Source: an uncultured Dehalococcoidaceae bacterium | GTDB lineage: Bacteria > Chloroflexota > Dehalococcoidia > Dehalococcoidales > RBG-16-60-22 | Direction of reading: 5' to 3' | Length of the DNA stretch: 64,000 nucleotides | Assembly (NCBI GenBank): GCA_964409485.1 | Contig: CAYPDM010000001.1 | Location: 1,175-65,174 of the forward strand | Part shown: in pieces, positions 1-10,799 of the stretch | Layout of the letters: every line of letters begins with the position of its first letter | How positions within the stretch are numbered: position 1 is the stretch's first letter | Program-made: the position numbers and the translations under genes | Notes under the pieces: model-generated | Databases searched by the model: none | What the model saw: the letters and a program-made list of their open reading frames with translations, nothing else | What the model was told of the DNA's origin: nothing

Positions 1-162
1 GCGGAGACCTACGAGCCGGATACGCCGGTGGGGGAAGATGCCGGAAAATGGCGTCAGAAACTGGAAAGCCGGGAAGATAAACTGAAATACCTTGAATCCG
101 GCGAACGATACTGGTACAGTGACGATTGGTTTGGCAGCGAAAAAAGGAAGAATCCGGCCTGA
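1..162 (+). CDS. 3' end of unidentified upstream ORF (partial, continues left of window)
   Basis: Frame 1 is open from base 1 to TGA 160-162 (...GERYWYSDDWFGSEKRKNPA*). It is co-directional with the acs genes. No family recognised. Confidence 0.3.
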   Translation, partial: AETYEPDTPVGEDAGKWRQKLESREDKLKYLESGERYWYSDDWFGSEKRKNPA

Positions 163-176
163 ACAAAGGAGGCAAA

Positions 177-1124
177 ATGGCATTTGAGATTCCAAAGACG
201 GCATACAGCGGTAAAATAAAGGAAATGGCCCTGGGAAAGGGCGACAAAGCGGTAACCGTGGGCGGTGAATCAGCCTATCCGTTCTATCTTTTCGAAGGCG
301 AAATGCCCAACCTGCCCAAGATAGCCATGGATATCTACGATTCTCCTCCCGACGAGTGGCCGGAAGCTATTTTAGAGCCTTTCGCCGGCGTTACCGACGA
401 CCCGGTAGCCTGGGCGCAGAAGTGCATCAACGACTATGGGGCAGAGATGATATGCCTGCAAATGGTCAGCACCGATCCTAACGGGATGAACCGCCCGGCT
501 GACGAAGCAGCTCAAATAGTTAAAAAAGTGGCCGACGCCATCGATGTCCCGCTGATTGTCTGGGGTACGGCCAATCACGATAAAGACACCGAGGTCTTGA
601 GAGCCGTCGCCGAGGCTATCCAGGACAAGAGCCTGATTCTGGGACCGCTCGAAGAGGGCGACTACAAGAAAATCGGCGCGGCCGCCATCGGCTACAAGCA
701 TACCGTGGTTGCCTCAACACCCATAGACATCAACCTGGCCAAGCAGCTTAATATCCTGCTGGGCAATCTCGGTGTTCCCGATAATTCGCTCATCATAGAC
801 CCCACCGTTAGCTGCATCGGCTACGGCATTGAGTACTGCTATTCAGTCATGGAAAGAATGAGGATGGCAGCGTTAACGCAACAGGATGAAAAGCTCCAGT
901 TCCCTATTATCTGCAACATAGCTAAGGAAGCCTGGAAGACCAAAGAGGCTAAAATATCCGAGGCGGAAGACCCCAGCATGGGAGACGCCAGGAAACGAGG
1001 TATCCTGCTGGAAGCCATGTCGGCCATGGTCCTGCTTCTGGCTGGAGGCGACGTATTAATTATGAGACACCCCGAAGCGATAAAACTGGTCAGAGAAATG
1101 ATGGCTGACCTGACTGCTAAATAA
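177..1124 (+). CDS. acsD: corrinoid iron-sulfur protein small subunit (AcsD/CdhD-type delta subunit of CODH/ACS)
   Basis: ORF 126..1124. I moved the start to ATG 177 (MAFEIPKTAYSGKIKEM...) because AAAGGAGG lies at 165-172 and the upstream ORF stops at 162. The product is about 315 aa and sits first in the acs cluster. Confidence 0.8.
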   Translation: MAFEIPKTAYSGKIKEMALGKGDKAVTVGGESAYPFYLFEGEMPNLPKIAMDIYDSPPDEWPEAILEPFAGVTDDPVAWAQKCINDYGAEMICLQMVSTDPNGMNRPADEAAQIVKKVADAIDVPLIVWGTANHDKDTEVLRAVAEAIQDKSLILGPLEEGDYKKIGAAAIGYKHTVVASTPIDINLAKQLNILLGNLGVPDNSLIIDPTVSCIGYGIEYCYSVMERMRMAALTQQDEKLQFPIICNIAKEAWKTKEAKISEAEDPSMGDARKRGILLEAMSAMVLLLAGGDVLIMRHPEAIKLVREMMADLTAK

Positions 1125-1139
1125 GTGAGGTGAAAATTA

Positions 1140-3110
1140 ATGGCAGAAGAAGAAAAGACAACTAAGAGCATCGATAAAGCAAGCCTGGAACTAATAGAGA
1201 AAGCAGCCAAAGACGGGGTTAATACCGTCTTTGACAGGGCTGACTCGATGAAGCCGTGTCCCATAGGTTCCGTGGGAAGCTGCTGTAAGAACTGCGGAAT
1301 GGGGCCCTGCCGGGTACCCCTGCCCAAAGGCAAGGAGGAAACCCCGGAGGAAAAATTGAAGAGACGGGGCGTCTGCGGCGCTACCGCCGAGACCATTGCC
1401 GCCCGTAACTTCATCCGTATGATTGCCGGCGGCGCCTCCGCCCACTCCGACCACGGCCGGGGCGTAGCCGAACTCTTCCTGGCGGTGGCCAAAGGAGAAG
1501 CACCGGGCTACGAGATAAAGGACGAACAGAAGCTGCTGCAGCTGGCCTTGGACTGGGGCATAGAAATCGGCGACCGCAGCAATAACGAAATAGCCGTCGA
1601 TATCGGTGAAAAGGCCCTGGCTGAATTCGGGAAGCAGGAGGGCGAGCTTATCACCTTGAGAAAGGCACCGCTAAAGCGCCAGGAACTATGGCGCGAGAGG
1701 GGCATCGCCCCGCGGGGCATAGACCGTGAAATAGTGGAGATAATGCACCGCACCCATATCGGGGTCGACCAGGACTATAAAAACCTGCTCAAGCAGGGTA
1801 TCCGGGCATCTATCGCGGATGGCTGGGGCGGCAGCATGATTGCCACCGAGCTTCAGGACATCCTCTTCGGCACCCCGGCGCCGATACTGGGTAAGGCAAA
1901 CCTGGGAGTGCTCAATGAAAAAGAGGTGAACATCATCATTCACGGCCATGAGCCGCTGCTATCCGAGATGATTGTCGCCGCCGCCCGGGAACCGGAGATG
2001 CTGGAGCTGGCCAAGTCCAAGGGGGCCGAAGGAATAAACCTGTCCGGCATGTGCTGCACCGCTAACGAGATATTAATGCGCCACGGAGTGGCTATCGCCG
2101 GGAATTTCCTCCAGCAGGAACTGGCCATAGTAACCGGAGTAGTCGACGCTATGGTAGTGGATGTGCAGTGCATCATGCAGTCCATCCAGACCGTAGCCGA
2201 GTGCTACCATACCAAGATTGTCACCACCGCCCCCAAGGCTAAAATCCCCGGGGCTACCCATATTGAGTTCGACGAGCACGACGCCATAAAGTCGGCACGG
2301 GAAATAGTCAAGACAGCCATCGAGAACTTCCCCAATCGCAAGGGAAATACTTACGTTCCCGATGAGAAATGCGACCAGATTGCCGGTTTCAGCCATGAGA
2401 CTATCAACTACCTGCTGGGCGGCATGTTCCGTGCCTCTTACCGCCCGCTGAACGATAATATCATCAACGGCAGGATTCGCGGCGTGGCCGGCGTCGTCGG
2501 CTGTAATAACGCCCGGGTCAAGCACAATGAGGGTCATGTCATCATGGTAAAGGAACTGATAAAGAATGACGTGCTGGTGATTACCACCGGCTGCAATGCC
2601 ATTGCCTGTGCCGAAGCCGGACTCATGGTCCCCGAAGCCGCTGCCAAATATTGCGGCGAGGGACTGGCTGAAGTCTGTGAGACCGTCGGCATTCCTCCGG
2701 TACTGCACATGGGCTCCTGTGTGGACAACAGCCGTATTCTGATTGCCGCCACCGCTATGGTTAAAGACGGCGGCCTGGGCGATGATATCAGCGACCTGCC
2801 CGTCGCGGGTGCGGCGCCGGAGTGGATGAGCGAGAAAGCCATCTCCATCGGCCAGTACTTTGTCGCTTCGGGCGTATACACCGTGTTCGGCGTGACCTGG
2901 CCTACCACAGGCAGCAAAGATGTAACCGATTACCTGTTCAAAGACATGGAAGAAATGCTGGGCGGTATGTGGGACTTTGAACCGGACCCGATTCAAGCCG
3001 CCCACAAGATGATTGCCCATATCGATAAGAAGCGCAAGGCGCTGGGCATCGATAAGGCCAGAGAAAGAGTACTCTACGATATGGAAATGAGGCGCGAGCT
3101 GGAAGGTTAG
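1140..3110 (+). CDS. cooS: Ni-dependent carbon monoxide dehydrogenase catalytic subunit (CooS/AcsA)
   Basis: 656 aa. N-terminal Cys cluster CPIGSVGSCCKNCGMGPCR, plus later conserved HGHEP, CCTANE and GSCVDNSR blocks typical of CooS. Adjacent to acsB. Confidence 0.9.
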   Translation: MAEEEKTTKSIDKASLELIEKAAKDGVNTVFDRADSMKPCPIGSVGSCCKNCGMGPCRVPLPKGKEETPEEKLKRRGVCGATAETIAARNFIRMIAGGASAHSDHGRGVAELFLAVAKGEAPGYEIKDEQKLLQLALDWGIEIGDRSNNEIAVDIGEKALAEFGKQEGELITLRKAPLKRQELWRERGIAPRGIDREIVEIMHRTHIGVDQDYKNLLKQGIRASIADGWGGSMIATELQDILFGTPAPILGKANLGVLNEKEVNIIIHGHEPLLSEMIVAAAREPEMLELAKSKGAEGINLSGMCCTANEILMRHGVAIAGNFLQQELAIVTGVVDAMVVDVQCIMQSIQTVAECYHTKIVTTAPKAKIPGATHIEFDEHDAIKSAREIVKTAIENFPNRKGNTYVPDEKCDQIAGFSHETINYLLGGMFRASYRPLNDNIINGRIRGVAGVVGCNNARVKHNEGHVIMVKELIKNDVLVITTGCNAIACAEAGLMVPEAAAKYCGEGLAEVCETVGIPPVLHMGSCVDNSRILIAATAMVKDGGLGDDISDLPVAGAAPEWMSEKAISIGQYFVASGVYTVFGVTWPTTGSKDVTDYLFKDMEEMLGGMWDFEPDPIQAAHKMIAHIDKKRKALGIDKARERVLYDMEMRRELEG

Positions 3111-3147
3111 GCTTCCGACGTCGCTAATATAAGGAGGTTATGAGGAT

Positions 3148-5355
3148 ATGTCCAAGATAATTGCATCAGCAGCCATCAGGGGTGCCCACAAGATTGTAGA
3201 CCAGGCTGAAAAGAAGTGGCAGGAGGCTATGGATAAATGGGGAGCCAAGGAACCGGTCGGCTTTCCCAACACCGCCTATTACCTGCCGATTATCTACGGG
3301 ATTTTAGGTATGAAGGTTGAAAAACTCGGTGACATGGAAGCAGTGCTGAAGAAATGCAAAGCCCTGCTGCCGCCACCGGTTAAGGCAGTACACCACCTGC
3401 CCTACCTGGGACCCGCTCTTGATGCCGGCATGATTACATTCTGGGCGGAAGAACTCATTGAAACCATAAAATACCTGGAGAACGCCGATAACTACGTCAG
3501 AGGAGAGGACGTTACCGACAGCAACATCTGGCTCGGCGCCGCTGATGATGTCATCATGAGGAAGAGAGGCGTGGAGTTTGTCGACGGCACCGCGCCCGGC
3601 TTTGCCGCCATACTGGGTGCCGCACCGACTCCGGAGATAGCCAAGGACATCGCCGAGGAACTCCAGAAGAAGAACCTCTACGTATTCATGGCCGGCAGCC
3701 ACAACGGCGAGAAGTTTGCCGAACAACTGGTAAAGGCCGGCGTCCAGATAGGCTGGGGGACCCGCCTGGTCTCCTTCGGCCCTGATACCAGTGCCGCGGT
3801 TTTTGCCCTGGGCTTTGCCACCAGGGCGGCCATGTCATTCGGCGGCATTGAGGCCGGTGATTACCGGAAAATCCTCATCTATAATAAAGACCGTATCTTC
3901 GCCTTCGCCATGACCATGGGCGATGTTACCGAAGAATGGTATGCCAACGGCGCCGGGGCGGTTAACTGGGGCTTCCCGGTGATTGCGGATACCCCGATAC
4001 CGGAAATTCTGCCCACGGGAGTCTGCACTTACGAACACGTCGTGGGCAATATCCCACACGATGAAATCGTATCAAAGGCAATTGAAGTTAGAGGGCTGAA
4101 AGTCACCGTTACCGAGGTGCCCATACCGGTCGCCTTCGGGCCTGCCTTCGAGGGTGAGAGAGTCCGCGGCGACGATATCTACCTGGAGGCCGGCGGCGGC
4201 CGCACCCACATGGTGGAATGGGTCACCAGCAAGCGCATGGAAGAGGTGGAAGACGGCAAGGTAGAGGTAATCGGCCCGGAACTGTCCGATATCGAAGCCG
4301 GTTCCAGACTGCCCATGGCTATAGCCGTAGAGGTAGCCGGCCGCGAGATGCAGGACGACTACGAGCCTATCCTGGAGCGGCAGATTCACCACCTCATCAA
4401 CTACGCCCAGGGTGTTATGCATATCGGCCAGAGAGATATAGCCTGGATCCGCGTGGCCAAACAGGCCGTGGAAAAAGGCTTTAAGCTTGAGGATATCGGC
4501 AAGCTTCTCCACGCCAAGCTGCACCAGGACTTCGGCCGTATCTTCGATAAGATACAGGTGAAAATCTACACTAAAGACGAGGACGTCAACAATATATTGG
4601 AGAAGGCAAGGGAAGTTTACCATACCAGAGATATCCGCATCGAAGGTATGACCGACGAGACCACGGAAACTTACTACTCCTGCACGCTTTGCCAGTCCTT
4701 TGCTCCCAGCCATGTCTGCGTCATCAGCCCGGAAAGAACCGGACTGTGCGGCTCCTACAACTGGATGGACTGCAAGGCGGCCTACGAAATTAACCCCACC
4801 GGCCCCAACCAGCCGGTGCCCAAGGGTGATACTATAGACGCCAAGCTGGGACAGTGGAAGGGCGTTAACGAGTTCGTCCTCCAGGCTTCCCGCGGCAAGA
4901 TAGACCACTATAACTTCTACAGCATCGTCAACGACCCTATGACTACCTGCGGCTGCTGCGAGGCAATCGCCGCCGTTCTGCCCATGTGCAATGGCGTCAT
5001 GACGGTAAACCGCGATTACATCGGCGAGACGCCCTGCGGCATGAAATTCACCACCCTGGCCGGGACCATCGGGGGAGGCTTAAGCACCCCCGGCTTCGTG
5101 GGACACGGCAAGTACAACATCACCCAGAGAAAGTTCCTCGCCGCCGAGGGCGGTTTATTGAGGATGGTCTGGATGCCCAAGATACTCAAGGAGGAGATAG
5201 CGGAACGGTTCAATAAAAGGGCTGAAGAACTCGGCGTGCCCGACCTGCTCGATAAGATAGCCGATGAGACGGTTGGAATAACCGAGGACGCGATTCTTCC
5301 CTTCCTGCAGGAAAAAGGACATCCCGCCCTGACCATGGACCCGATATTGGGCTAG
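3148..5355 (+). CDS. acsB: CO-methylating acetyl-CoA synthase (AcsB, A-cluster subunit)
   Basis: 735 aa. Cys motifs CTLCQSFAPSHVCVISPERTGLCG and TTCGCCEA match the A-cluster ligand pattern. RBS AAGGAGG lies upstream. Confidence 0.9.
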   Translation: MSKIIASAAIRGAHKIVDQAEKKWQEAMDKWGAKEPVGFPNTAYYLPIIYGILGMKVEKLGDMEAVLKKCKALLPPPVKAVHHLPYLGPALDAGMITFWAEELIETIKYLENADNYVRGEDVTDSNIWLGAADDVIMRKRGVEFVDGTAPGFAAILGAAPTPEIAKDIAEELQKKNLYVFMAGSHNGEKFAEQLVKAGVQIGWGTRLVSFGPDTSAAVFALGFATRAAMSFGGIEAGDYRKILIYNKDRIFAFAMTMGDVTEEWYANGAGAVNWGFPVIADTPIPEILPTGVCTYEHVVGNIPHDEIVSKAIEVRGLKVTVTEVPIPVAFGPAFEGERVRGDDIYLEAGGGRTHMVEWVTSKRMEEVEDGKVEVIGPELSDIEAGSRLPMAIAVEVAGREMQDDYEPILERQIHHLINYAQGVMHIGQRDIAWIRVAKQAVEKGFKLEDIGKLLHAKLHQDFGRIFDKIQVKIYTKDEDVNNILEKAREVYHTRDIRIEGMTDETTETYYSCTLCQSFAPSHVCVISPERTGLCGSYNWMDCKAAYEINPTGPNQPVPKGDTIDAKLGQWKGVNEFVLQASRGKIDHYNFYSIVNDPMTTCGCCEAIAAVLPMCNGVMTVNRDYIGETPCGMKFTTLAGTIGGGLSTPGFVGHGKYNITQRKFLAAEGGLLRMVWMPKILKEEIAERFNKRAEELGVPDLLDKIADETVGITEDAILPFLQEKGHPALTMDPILG

Positions 5356-5442
5356 GAAAAGAATAATAAATTCTCTATGACCTGTAAATACGGGAGTAAT
5401 GACCGCTAACTCCGTAACGGGTCAGGAAAGGGGAAAAGAGAT

Positions 5443-6789
5443 ATGGCACTAACCGGAATAGAAATCTTCAAACTGCTGCCCAAGACCAACTGCGGAGACT
5501 GCGGCGTACCTACCTGTCTTGCCTTTGCCATGAACCTCGCCGCCGGCAAAGCAGAGCTAAGCGCCTGCCCCCATGTCTCCGATGAGGCCAAAGAGAAACT
5601 ATCGGAGGCTTCGGCACCACCCATCTTACCGGTTACCATCGGCACCGGCGATAAAGCCCTGAAAATCGGCGGCGAAACGGTCATGTTCCGCCACGAAAAG
5701 AGGTTTGAAAACCCGGCGGGTATCGCTATTCTCATCAGTGACACCATGCCCGATGCCGAGGTGAACGCCCGTCTGAAGAAATCAAAGGAACTCATTTATG
5801 AAAGGGTCGGCCTCTCGCTGGAAACCAACCTCGTCGCTCTTAAGGCAGAATCGGGGGATGCCGCCAAGTTTGCCGCCCTGGCGGGTAAGGTAAAGGCCAA
5901 CAGCGATGCCAACATCATCCTGATAAGCGATAAACCCGATGTCCTTGCCGAGGGTTTGAAGGCATGCGCCGACAGGAAGCCGCTGCTTTACGCAGCCACC
6001 AAAGACAACGCTGATGCCGTGGCCGCCCTGGCCAAGGAGAACGGTTGCGCGGTAACCGCCAAAGCCGAGGGACTGGAAGAGCTTGTCGCCCTGACCGAGA
6101 AACTGACCGCGGCCGGACTTAAAAATATCGTGATTGATTCCGGCTCCAGGGCAGTGCGCCAATCGCTGGAAGACCAGATAGTCATCCGGAGCGCCGCCCT
6201 CAATAAGAAGTTCCGCCCCCTGGGCTACCCCACCATCGTCTTCCCCTGCGAGATGACCGATAATCCCATGAAAGAAGCCATGCTTGCTTCCATGTTCATC
6301 GCCAAGTACGCCGGCATCATCGTCCTATCCGATTTCAGCGGAGAAAGCCTGTTCCCGCTGCTGGTGGAAAGGCTGAACATCTACACCGACCCGCAGCGAC
6401 CGCTGGCTACTACCGAGGGGATTTACGAGATCAACAACCCGGATGAAAATTCGCCGTTAATGGTTACCTCCAACTTCTCGCTGACCTACTTCATCGTCTC
6501 CGGTGAAATAGAAAACAGCAAAGTGCCCAGCTACCTGTACGTAAAGGATACCGAGGGACTCTCGGTCATGACTTCCTGGGCAGCCGGCAAGTTCTCCGCG
6601 GATATCATCGGCCCGGCTATCAAGAAGAGCGCCATCGAGGATAAGATCAAGCACCACAAGCTCATCATCCCGGGGTACATCGCCGCCGAGAGCGGCGGCC
6701 TGGAAGAAGAACTGCCCGGCTGGGAAATATTGGTCGGTCCCAGAGAAGGGTCCCACATCCCGGGTTATCTTAAAGATTGGAAGCCCTAA
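5443..6789 (+). CDS. acsC: corrinoid iron-sulfur protein large subunit (AcsC/CdhE-type gamma subunit)
   Basis: 448 aa. N-terminal 4Fe-4S motif CGDCGVPTCLAFAMNLAAGKAELSACP. Located between acsB and acsE. Confidence 0.85.
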   Translation: MALTGIEIFKLLPKTNCGDCGVPTCLAFAMNLAAGKAELSACPHVSDEAKEKLSEASAPPILPVTIGTGDKALKIGGETVMFRHEKRFENPAGIAILISDTMPDAEVNARLKKSKELIYERVGLSLETNLVALKAESGDAAKFAALAGKVKANSDANIILISDKPDVLAEGLKACADRKPLLYAATKDNADAVAALAKENGCAVTAKAEGLEELVALTEKLTAAGLKNIVIDSGSRAVRQSLEDQIVIRSAALNKKFRPLGYPTIVFPCEMTDNPMKEAMLASMFIAKYAGIIVLSDFSGESLFPLLVERLNIYTDPQRPLATTEGIYEINNPDENSPLMVTSNFSLTYFIVSGEIENSKVPSYLYVKDTEGLSVMTSWAAGKFSADIIGPAIKKSAIEDKIKHHKLIIPGYIAAESGGLEEELPGWEILVGPREGSHIPGYLKDWKP

Positions 6790-6810
6790 GGACAAAATTA
6801 AGGAGGCAAG

Positions 6811-7689
6811 ATGATCCTTATCGGGGAAAACTTAAACGTTATATCACAAACCCTCGGCCCGGCCCTGAAGGACAAGAATGCAGGCCCGATTGAAGAGATG
6901 GCCAGGGCGGAAACAGCGGCCGGCATAGACCTGATTGACCTTAATATCGGCCCCGCCCGCAGGGGCGGCGACGAGCTTATGTCATGGGTGGTAAATACGG
7001 TACAGGCGGTCACCGATAAGATGCTTTCCCTGGACACCACCAATCTGGATGCCATGGAAGCCGGACTGGGTGTCCGCAAGGGCCCGGTGTTAATCAACTC
7101 GGTCTCGCTGCAGACCAGCCGTATCGATAGAGGGCTGGAACTGGCCAATAAGTTTAATGCCGATGTTATCGGCCTGCTGTGGAGTAACGATGGCATGCCG
7201 CGCGACGTTAACGAGAGGGCAATGCATACCGTCGACTTTGTTTATAAAGCCAACGAGGCGGGCGTACCCAACGAAAGGATATGGATTGACCCCATTGCCA
7301 GCCCGGTATCGGTGGAAATCAACCAGGTCAAGGCCTGCGTGGAGTTCATGGCCATGCTGGGAGAAATAGCCCCCGGCTGCAAGTCCACGGTTGGTCTTTC
7401 CAATATTTCCAACGGCGCGCCCGATAAGCTAAGATGCTGGCTGAACCGCACCTACCTGATAATGCTGATGCGCTACGGCCTTTACTCGGCCATCGTAGAT
7501 GCGTTCGATAAAGACCTCATGGCCATAGCCCGCGGTGAAAGACAGGATATCGTAGAGCTGGTGCACAAAATGATGGACGGGGAGCAGCCTGATATCTCCT
7601 CCCTGCCTCAAGAGATGGCAAATTACGCCAAGTCAGCCAGGGTATTGATGGGAGAGTCACTCTATTCCGCATCGTGGCTTGAAGTATAG
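6811..7689 (+). CDS. acsE: methyltetrahydrofolate:corrinoid/iron-sulfur protein methyltransferase (pterin-binding domain)
   Basis: 292 aa. N-terminus MILIGENLNVISQ...IDLIDLNIGPA resembles the pterin-binding (DHPS-like) fold of AcsE/MeTr. RBS AAGGAGG at 6800-6806. Cluster context supports the call. Confidence 0.75.
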   Translation: MILIGENLNVISQTLGPALKDKNAGPIEEMARAETAAGIDLIDLNIGPARRGGDELMSWVVNTVQAVTDKMLSLDTTNLDAMEAGLGVRKGPVLINSVSLQTSRIDRGLELANKFNADVIGLLWSNDGMPRDVNERAMHTVDFVYKANEAGVPNERIWIDPIASPVSVEINQVKACVEFMAMLGEIAPGCKSTVGLSNISNGAPDKLRCWLNRTYLIMLMRYGLYSAIVDAFDKDLMAIARGERQDIVELVHKMMDGEQPDISSLPQEMANYAKSARVLMGESLYSASWLEV

Positions 7690-7763
7690 GTTCCCGCTGC
7701 TCGTCAACAGCTAACCGGAAAAACGGAATAAGGCGGCTCTATCAATAAAAGAAACGTGCAGAT

Positions 7764-8441
7764 ATGACAAGGGAACGCCTGACAGTACCGGAACAGAATG
7801 TACGTGAATATGCTCATGAGCTAGCTTACAAGCTCGCCTGCGAGCAACTGGCTGGTATTACCGACATTGAAGAGCAGTGCCGGAAAGCCGGCGCCGAATA
7901 CATATCCTCCCAAAAAGCCGCCATCATCGAGCATCTACGGACGTATTATCGAATCGGCTCCCCCCAAGGCGATGTAGCACTCGTTAATAGCGAGGACGCC
8001 GTACCTATAAAAGATAAAATCCTGATACTTGACTATTTTACGCGTGCCGGGGGAACCCCGCTAACCGGTAAGTTGATAACCTACAAAGAGCTGCACGACG
8101 GCATCAACTACTTTCCCACGTTTTCCAAGAGGACCATCCAGCCGCTGGTGACTTATTTCGGTGATGCTCCCGAGCAGCTGTTGAAAACCGCCGCAAGCCT
8201 GGGCGGGCGTAAGGCCGATTGCGGTGATGCCGCCGTAACGTTCGATGCCTTTCCCCGCGTAACAGTAACTCTCGCCCTGTGGAAGGGCGACCAAGAGTTC
8301 CCGCCGGAAGGCAGCATACTGTTCGACAGCACCGTTTCCGACTACCTTACCAACGACGATATACACACGCTCTGCGAAAAAATTATCTGGAGATTGGTCA
8401 GACTTCTTAAAACTGGAGGTGATACCCCTGGCAAAAGATAA
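7764..8441 (+). CDS. conserved hypothetical protein inside the acs cluster (possibly DUF3786-like; not verified)
   Basis: 225-aa ORF co-directional with the cluster, between acsE and the NuoE-like gene. I can point to no catalytic motif. Confidence 0.35.
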   Translation: MTRERLTVPEQNVREYAHELAYKLACEQLAGITDIEEQCRKAGAEYISSQKAAIIEHLRTYYRIGSPQGDVALVNSEDAVPIKDKILILDYFTRAGGTPLTGKLITYKELHDGINYFPTFSKRTIQPLVTYFGDAPEQLLKTAASLGGRKADCGDAAVTFDAFPRVTVTLALWKGDQEFPPEGSILFDSTVSDYLTNDDIHTLCEKIIWRLVRLLKTGGDTPGKR

Positions 8442-8916
8442 TTTAACCAAAGCGGACGTCCAGGATAAATTAGAGGAAATCTTCTCGCGTTATAAAGGAG
8501 AGAAGCAGGAGCTTATACCCATCCTGCAGGAAACACAGGCGCAATTCCGCTATCTGCCGGCGGCGGCCATGCGGGAAATCGCCAGATTTTTACGCATGGC
8601 GGAAAGCACCATATACGGAGTCAGCACCTTCTACGCGCAGTTTAAACTGACGCCTCTGGGCAAAAAGGTAATTAGGGTCTGCCGCGGCACGGCCTGTCAC
8701 GTACGCGGCTCCGCCAAGGTCCTGGCTGAAATTGAAAAACAGCTCGGACTCAAAGCCGGGGAGACTACGGAAGACTTAGAATACACACTGGAGACTGTCG
8801 CCTGCATCGGCGCCTGCGCCCTGGCGCCGACGATGACGATAGATAGTGAGACTTACGGCAAGATGACGACCAAGAAAGTTGCGGAGGTTTTAGGTGTCAG
8901 AAGCAAAGCCGAGTAA
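8419..8916 (+). CDS. NuoE/HydC-type [2Fe-2S] thioredoxin-like subunit of NAD(H)-linked flavoprotein complex
   Basis: 165 aa. CRGTACHVRG...CIGACALAP matches the NuoE 2Fe-2S pattern. GTG start overlaps the previous ORF by 23 nt; the exact start is uncertain. Confidence 0.8.
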   Translation: MIPLAKDNLTKADVQDKLEEIFSRYKGEKQELIPILQETQAQFRYLPAAAMREIARFLRMAESTIYGVSTFYAQFKLTPLGKKVIRVCRGTACHVRGSAKVLAEIEKQLGLKAGETTEDLEYTLETVACIGACALAPTMTIDSETYGKMTTKKVAEVLGVRSKAE

Positions 8917-10792
8917 TGGAAATAAGCAGCGAACGATATTTATCTGCCAGGGAACGGGCTGCGTATCAGGCAAGTCATTTGAATTAACGGAAGCCCTGAA
9001 GAAAGCCATCGAGGAGCTGGGTTTGCAGGGCGTAAATGTAGATTTTACGGGCTGCCACGGTTTCTGCGAGCAGGGGCCGGTGGCTATCGTCGAGCCGGAA
9101 GGCATCTTCTATGCCCAGGTTACCGTGGCCGACGCCCGGGAAATAGTAGAGTCCCACCTGCGGGACGGTAAACCGGTCGAACGTCTTTTCTATAAAGACC
9201 CGGTAAGCGGCGAGGCCATCCCCTATCATAAAGACATTAAATTTTACAGCATGCAGCAGCGCATCATCCTGCGCAACTGCGGGCGACTTAACCCTGAAAG
9301 AATCGAGGACTACATGGCCACCGGAGGCTATGAGTCTCTGAAAAAGTGCCTGAAAGAAATGACCCCGGAGGAGGTCATCGACGAGATAAAGCGCTCCGGC
9401 CTGCGGGGACGCGGCGGCGCCGGCTTCCCCACCGGAATGAAATGGGAGTTCTGCCGCAATGCCACCGGCGAACCGAAATACATGATATGCAACGCCGACG
9501 AAGGCGACCCCGGGGCTTTCATGGACCGCAGCACTATGGAAGGCGACCCCCATACCGTCATCGAGGGTATGACCATAGCCGCCTACGCCATCGGCGCCTC
9601 GGAGGGCTATATCTATATCCGTGCGGAATACCCGCTGGCCGTTAAACGCGTACGTCTGGCCATCCGGCAGGCCGAGGAAAAAGGATTTCTCGGCGATAAT
9701 ATACATGGTTCCGATTTCAGCCTGCATATGCATGTCAAGGAAGGCGCCGGCGCTTTCGTCTGCGGTGAAGAGACAGCGCTTATGGCGTCTATCGAAGGCA
9801 AGCGGGGCATGCCCCGCTCCCGTCCACCCTTCCCGGCAACCTCCGGACTATGGGGAAAACCAAGCAATATCAATAATGTGAAATCGCTGGCCACCGTGCC
9901 GGTTATTATAGCCAAAGGCGCCGACTGGTATGCCGCCACCGGCACCGAGAGAAGTAAAGGGACGTGCGTCTTCGCCCTAACAGGCAAAATCGCCAACAGC
10001 GGTCTTATCGAAGTGCCTATGGGTATTCCCCTCCGTAAAATCATCTATGAAATCGGCGGGGGCATCCCCGGAGGCAAGAAATTCAAAGCCGTCCAGACCG
10101 GCGGGCCCTCCGGCGGCTGCCTGCCGGAAAGCTACCTCGACCAGCCGGTCGACTACGAATCACTGGCCGCCGCCGGCTCTATGATGGGCTCCGGCGGCAT
10201 GGTCGTCATGGACGAGGAGACCTGCATGGTAGATGTCGCCCGCTATTTCCTTTCATTCACCCAGGCAGAGTCCTGCGGCAAGTGCGTCCCCTGCCGTATC
10301 GGCACCAAGCAGATGCTGGATATCCTGGAGAGAATCTGCCGGGGCGAGGGTAAACCGGACGACATCGACCTGCTCCAGCAACTGGGCGAGAACATTAAAG
10401 CCGGGTCACTCTGTCAGCTGGGACAGACGGCTCCCAATCCCGTCCTGACCACCCTGCGCTATTTCCGCGAGGAATATGAAGCACATATCAACGAGAAACG
10501 GTGCCCGGCGCTATCCTGTACCAAACTGATTTCATTTTATATACTGCCGGATAAATGCCAGGGTTGCGGCATCTGCGCGCGTAACTGCCCGTCGGAATGC
10601 ATTATCGGCGATAAGAGAATGGTGCACGTCATCGACCAGGATAAATGCGTCAGGTGCGGCACCTGCCTTGAAGTCTGCCCGGAGAGATTCGGCGCCGTGG
10701 TCAAGGTATCCGCGGAAGAGGTGGACGTACCGAGCGAGCCGATACCGGTAAAGGAGAAACCGAAAGCCGCGGCAGCATCCCCGGGAGAGTAA
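8894..10792 (+). CDS. NuoF/HydB-type FMN- and NAD(H)-binding subunit with extra N-terminal 2Fe-2S and C-terminal 2x[4Fe-4S] domains
   Basis: 632 aa. Motifs GLRGRGGAGFPTG, ESCGKCVPCR, N-terminal CQGTGC...CHGFCEQGP, and C-terminal CQGCGICARNCP and CVRCGTCLEVCP. Overlaps the NuoE-like gene by 23 nt. Confidence 0.85.
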   Translation: MSEAKPSNGNKQRTIFICQGTGCVSGKSFELTEALKKAIEELGLQGVNVDFTGCHGFCEQGPVAIVEPEGIFYAQVTVADAREIVESHLRDGKPVERLFYKDPVSGEAIPYHKDIKFYSMQQRIILRNCGRLNPERIEDYMATGGYESLKKCLKEMTPEEVIDEIKRSGLRGRGGAGFPTGMKWEFCRNATGEPKYMICNADEGDPGAFMDRSTMEGDPHTVIEGMTIAAYAIGASEGYIYIRAEYPLAVKRVRLAIRQAEEKGFLGDNIHGSDFSLHMHVKEGAGAFVCGEETALMASIEGKRGMPRSRPPFPATSGLWGKPSNINNVKSLATVPVIIAKGADWYAATGTERSKGTCVFALTGKIANSGLIEVPMGIPLRKIIYEIGGGIPGGKKFKAVQTGGPSGGCLPESYLDQPVDYESLAAAGSMMGSGGMVVMDEETCMVDVARYFLSFTQAESCGKCVPCRIGTKQMLDILERICRGEGKPDDIDLLQQLGENIKAGSLCQLGQTAPNPVLTTLRYFREEYEAHINEKRCPALSCTKLISFYILPDKCQGCGICARNCPSECIIGDKRMVHVIDQDKCVRCGTCLEVCPERFGAVVKVSAEEVDVPSEPIPVKEKPKAAAASPGE

Positions 10793-10799
10793 ACTCATA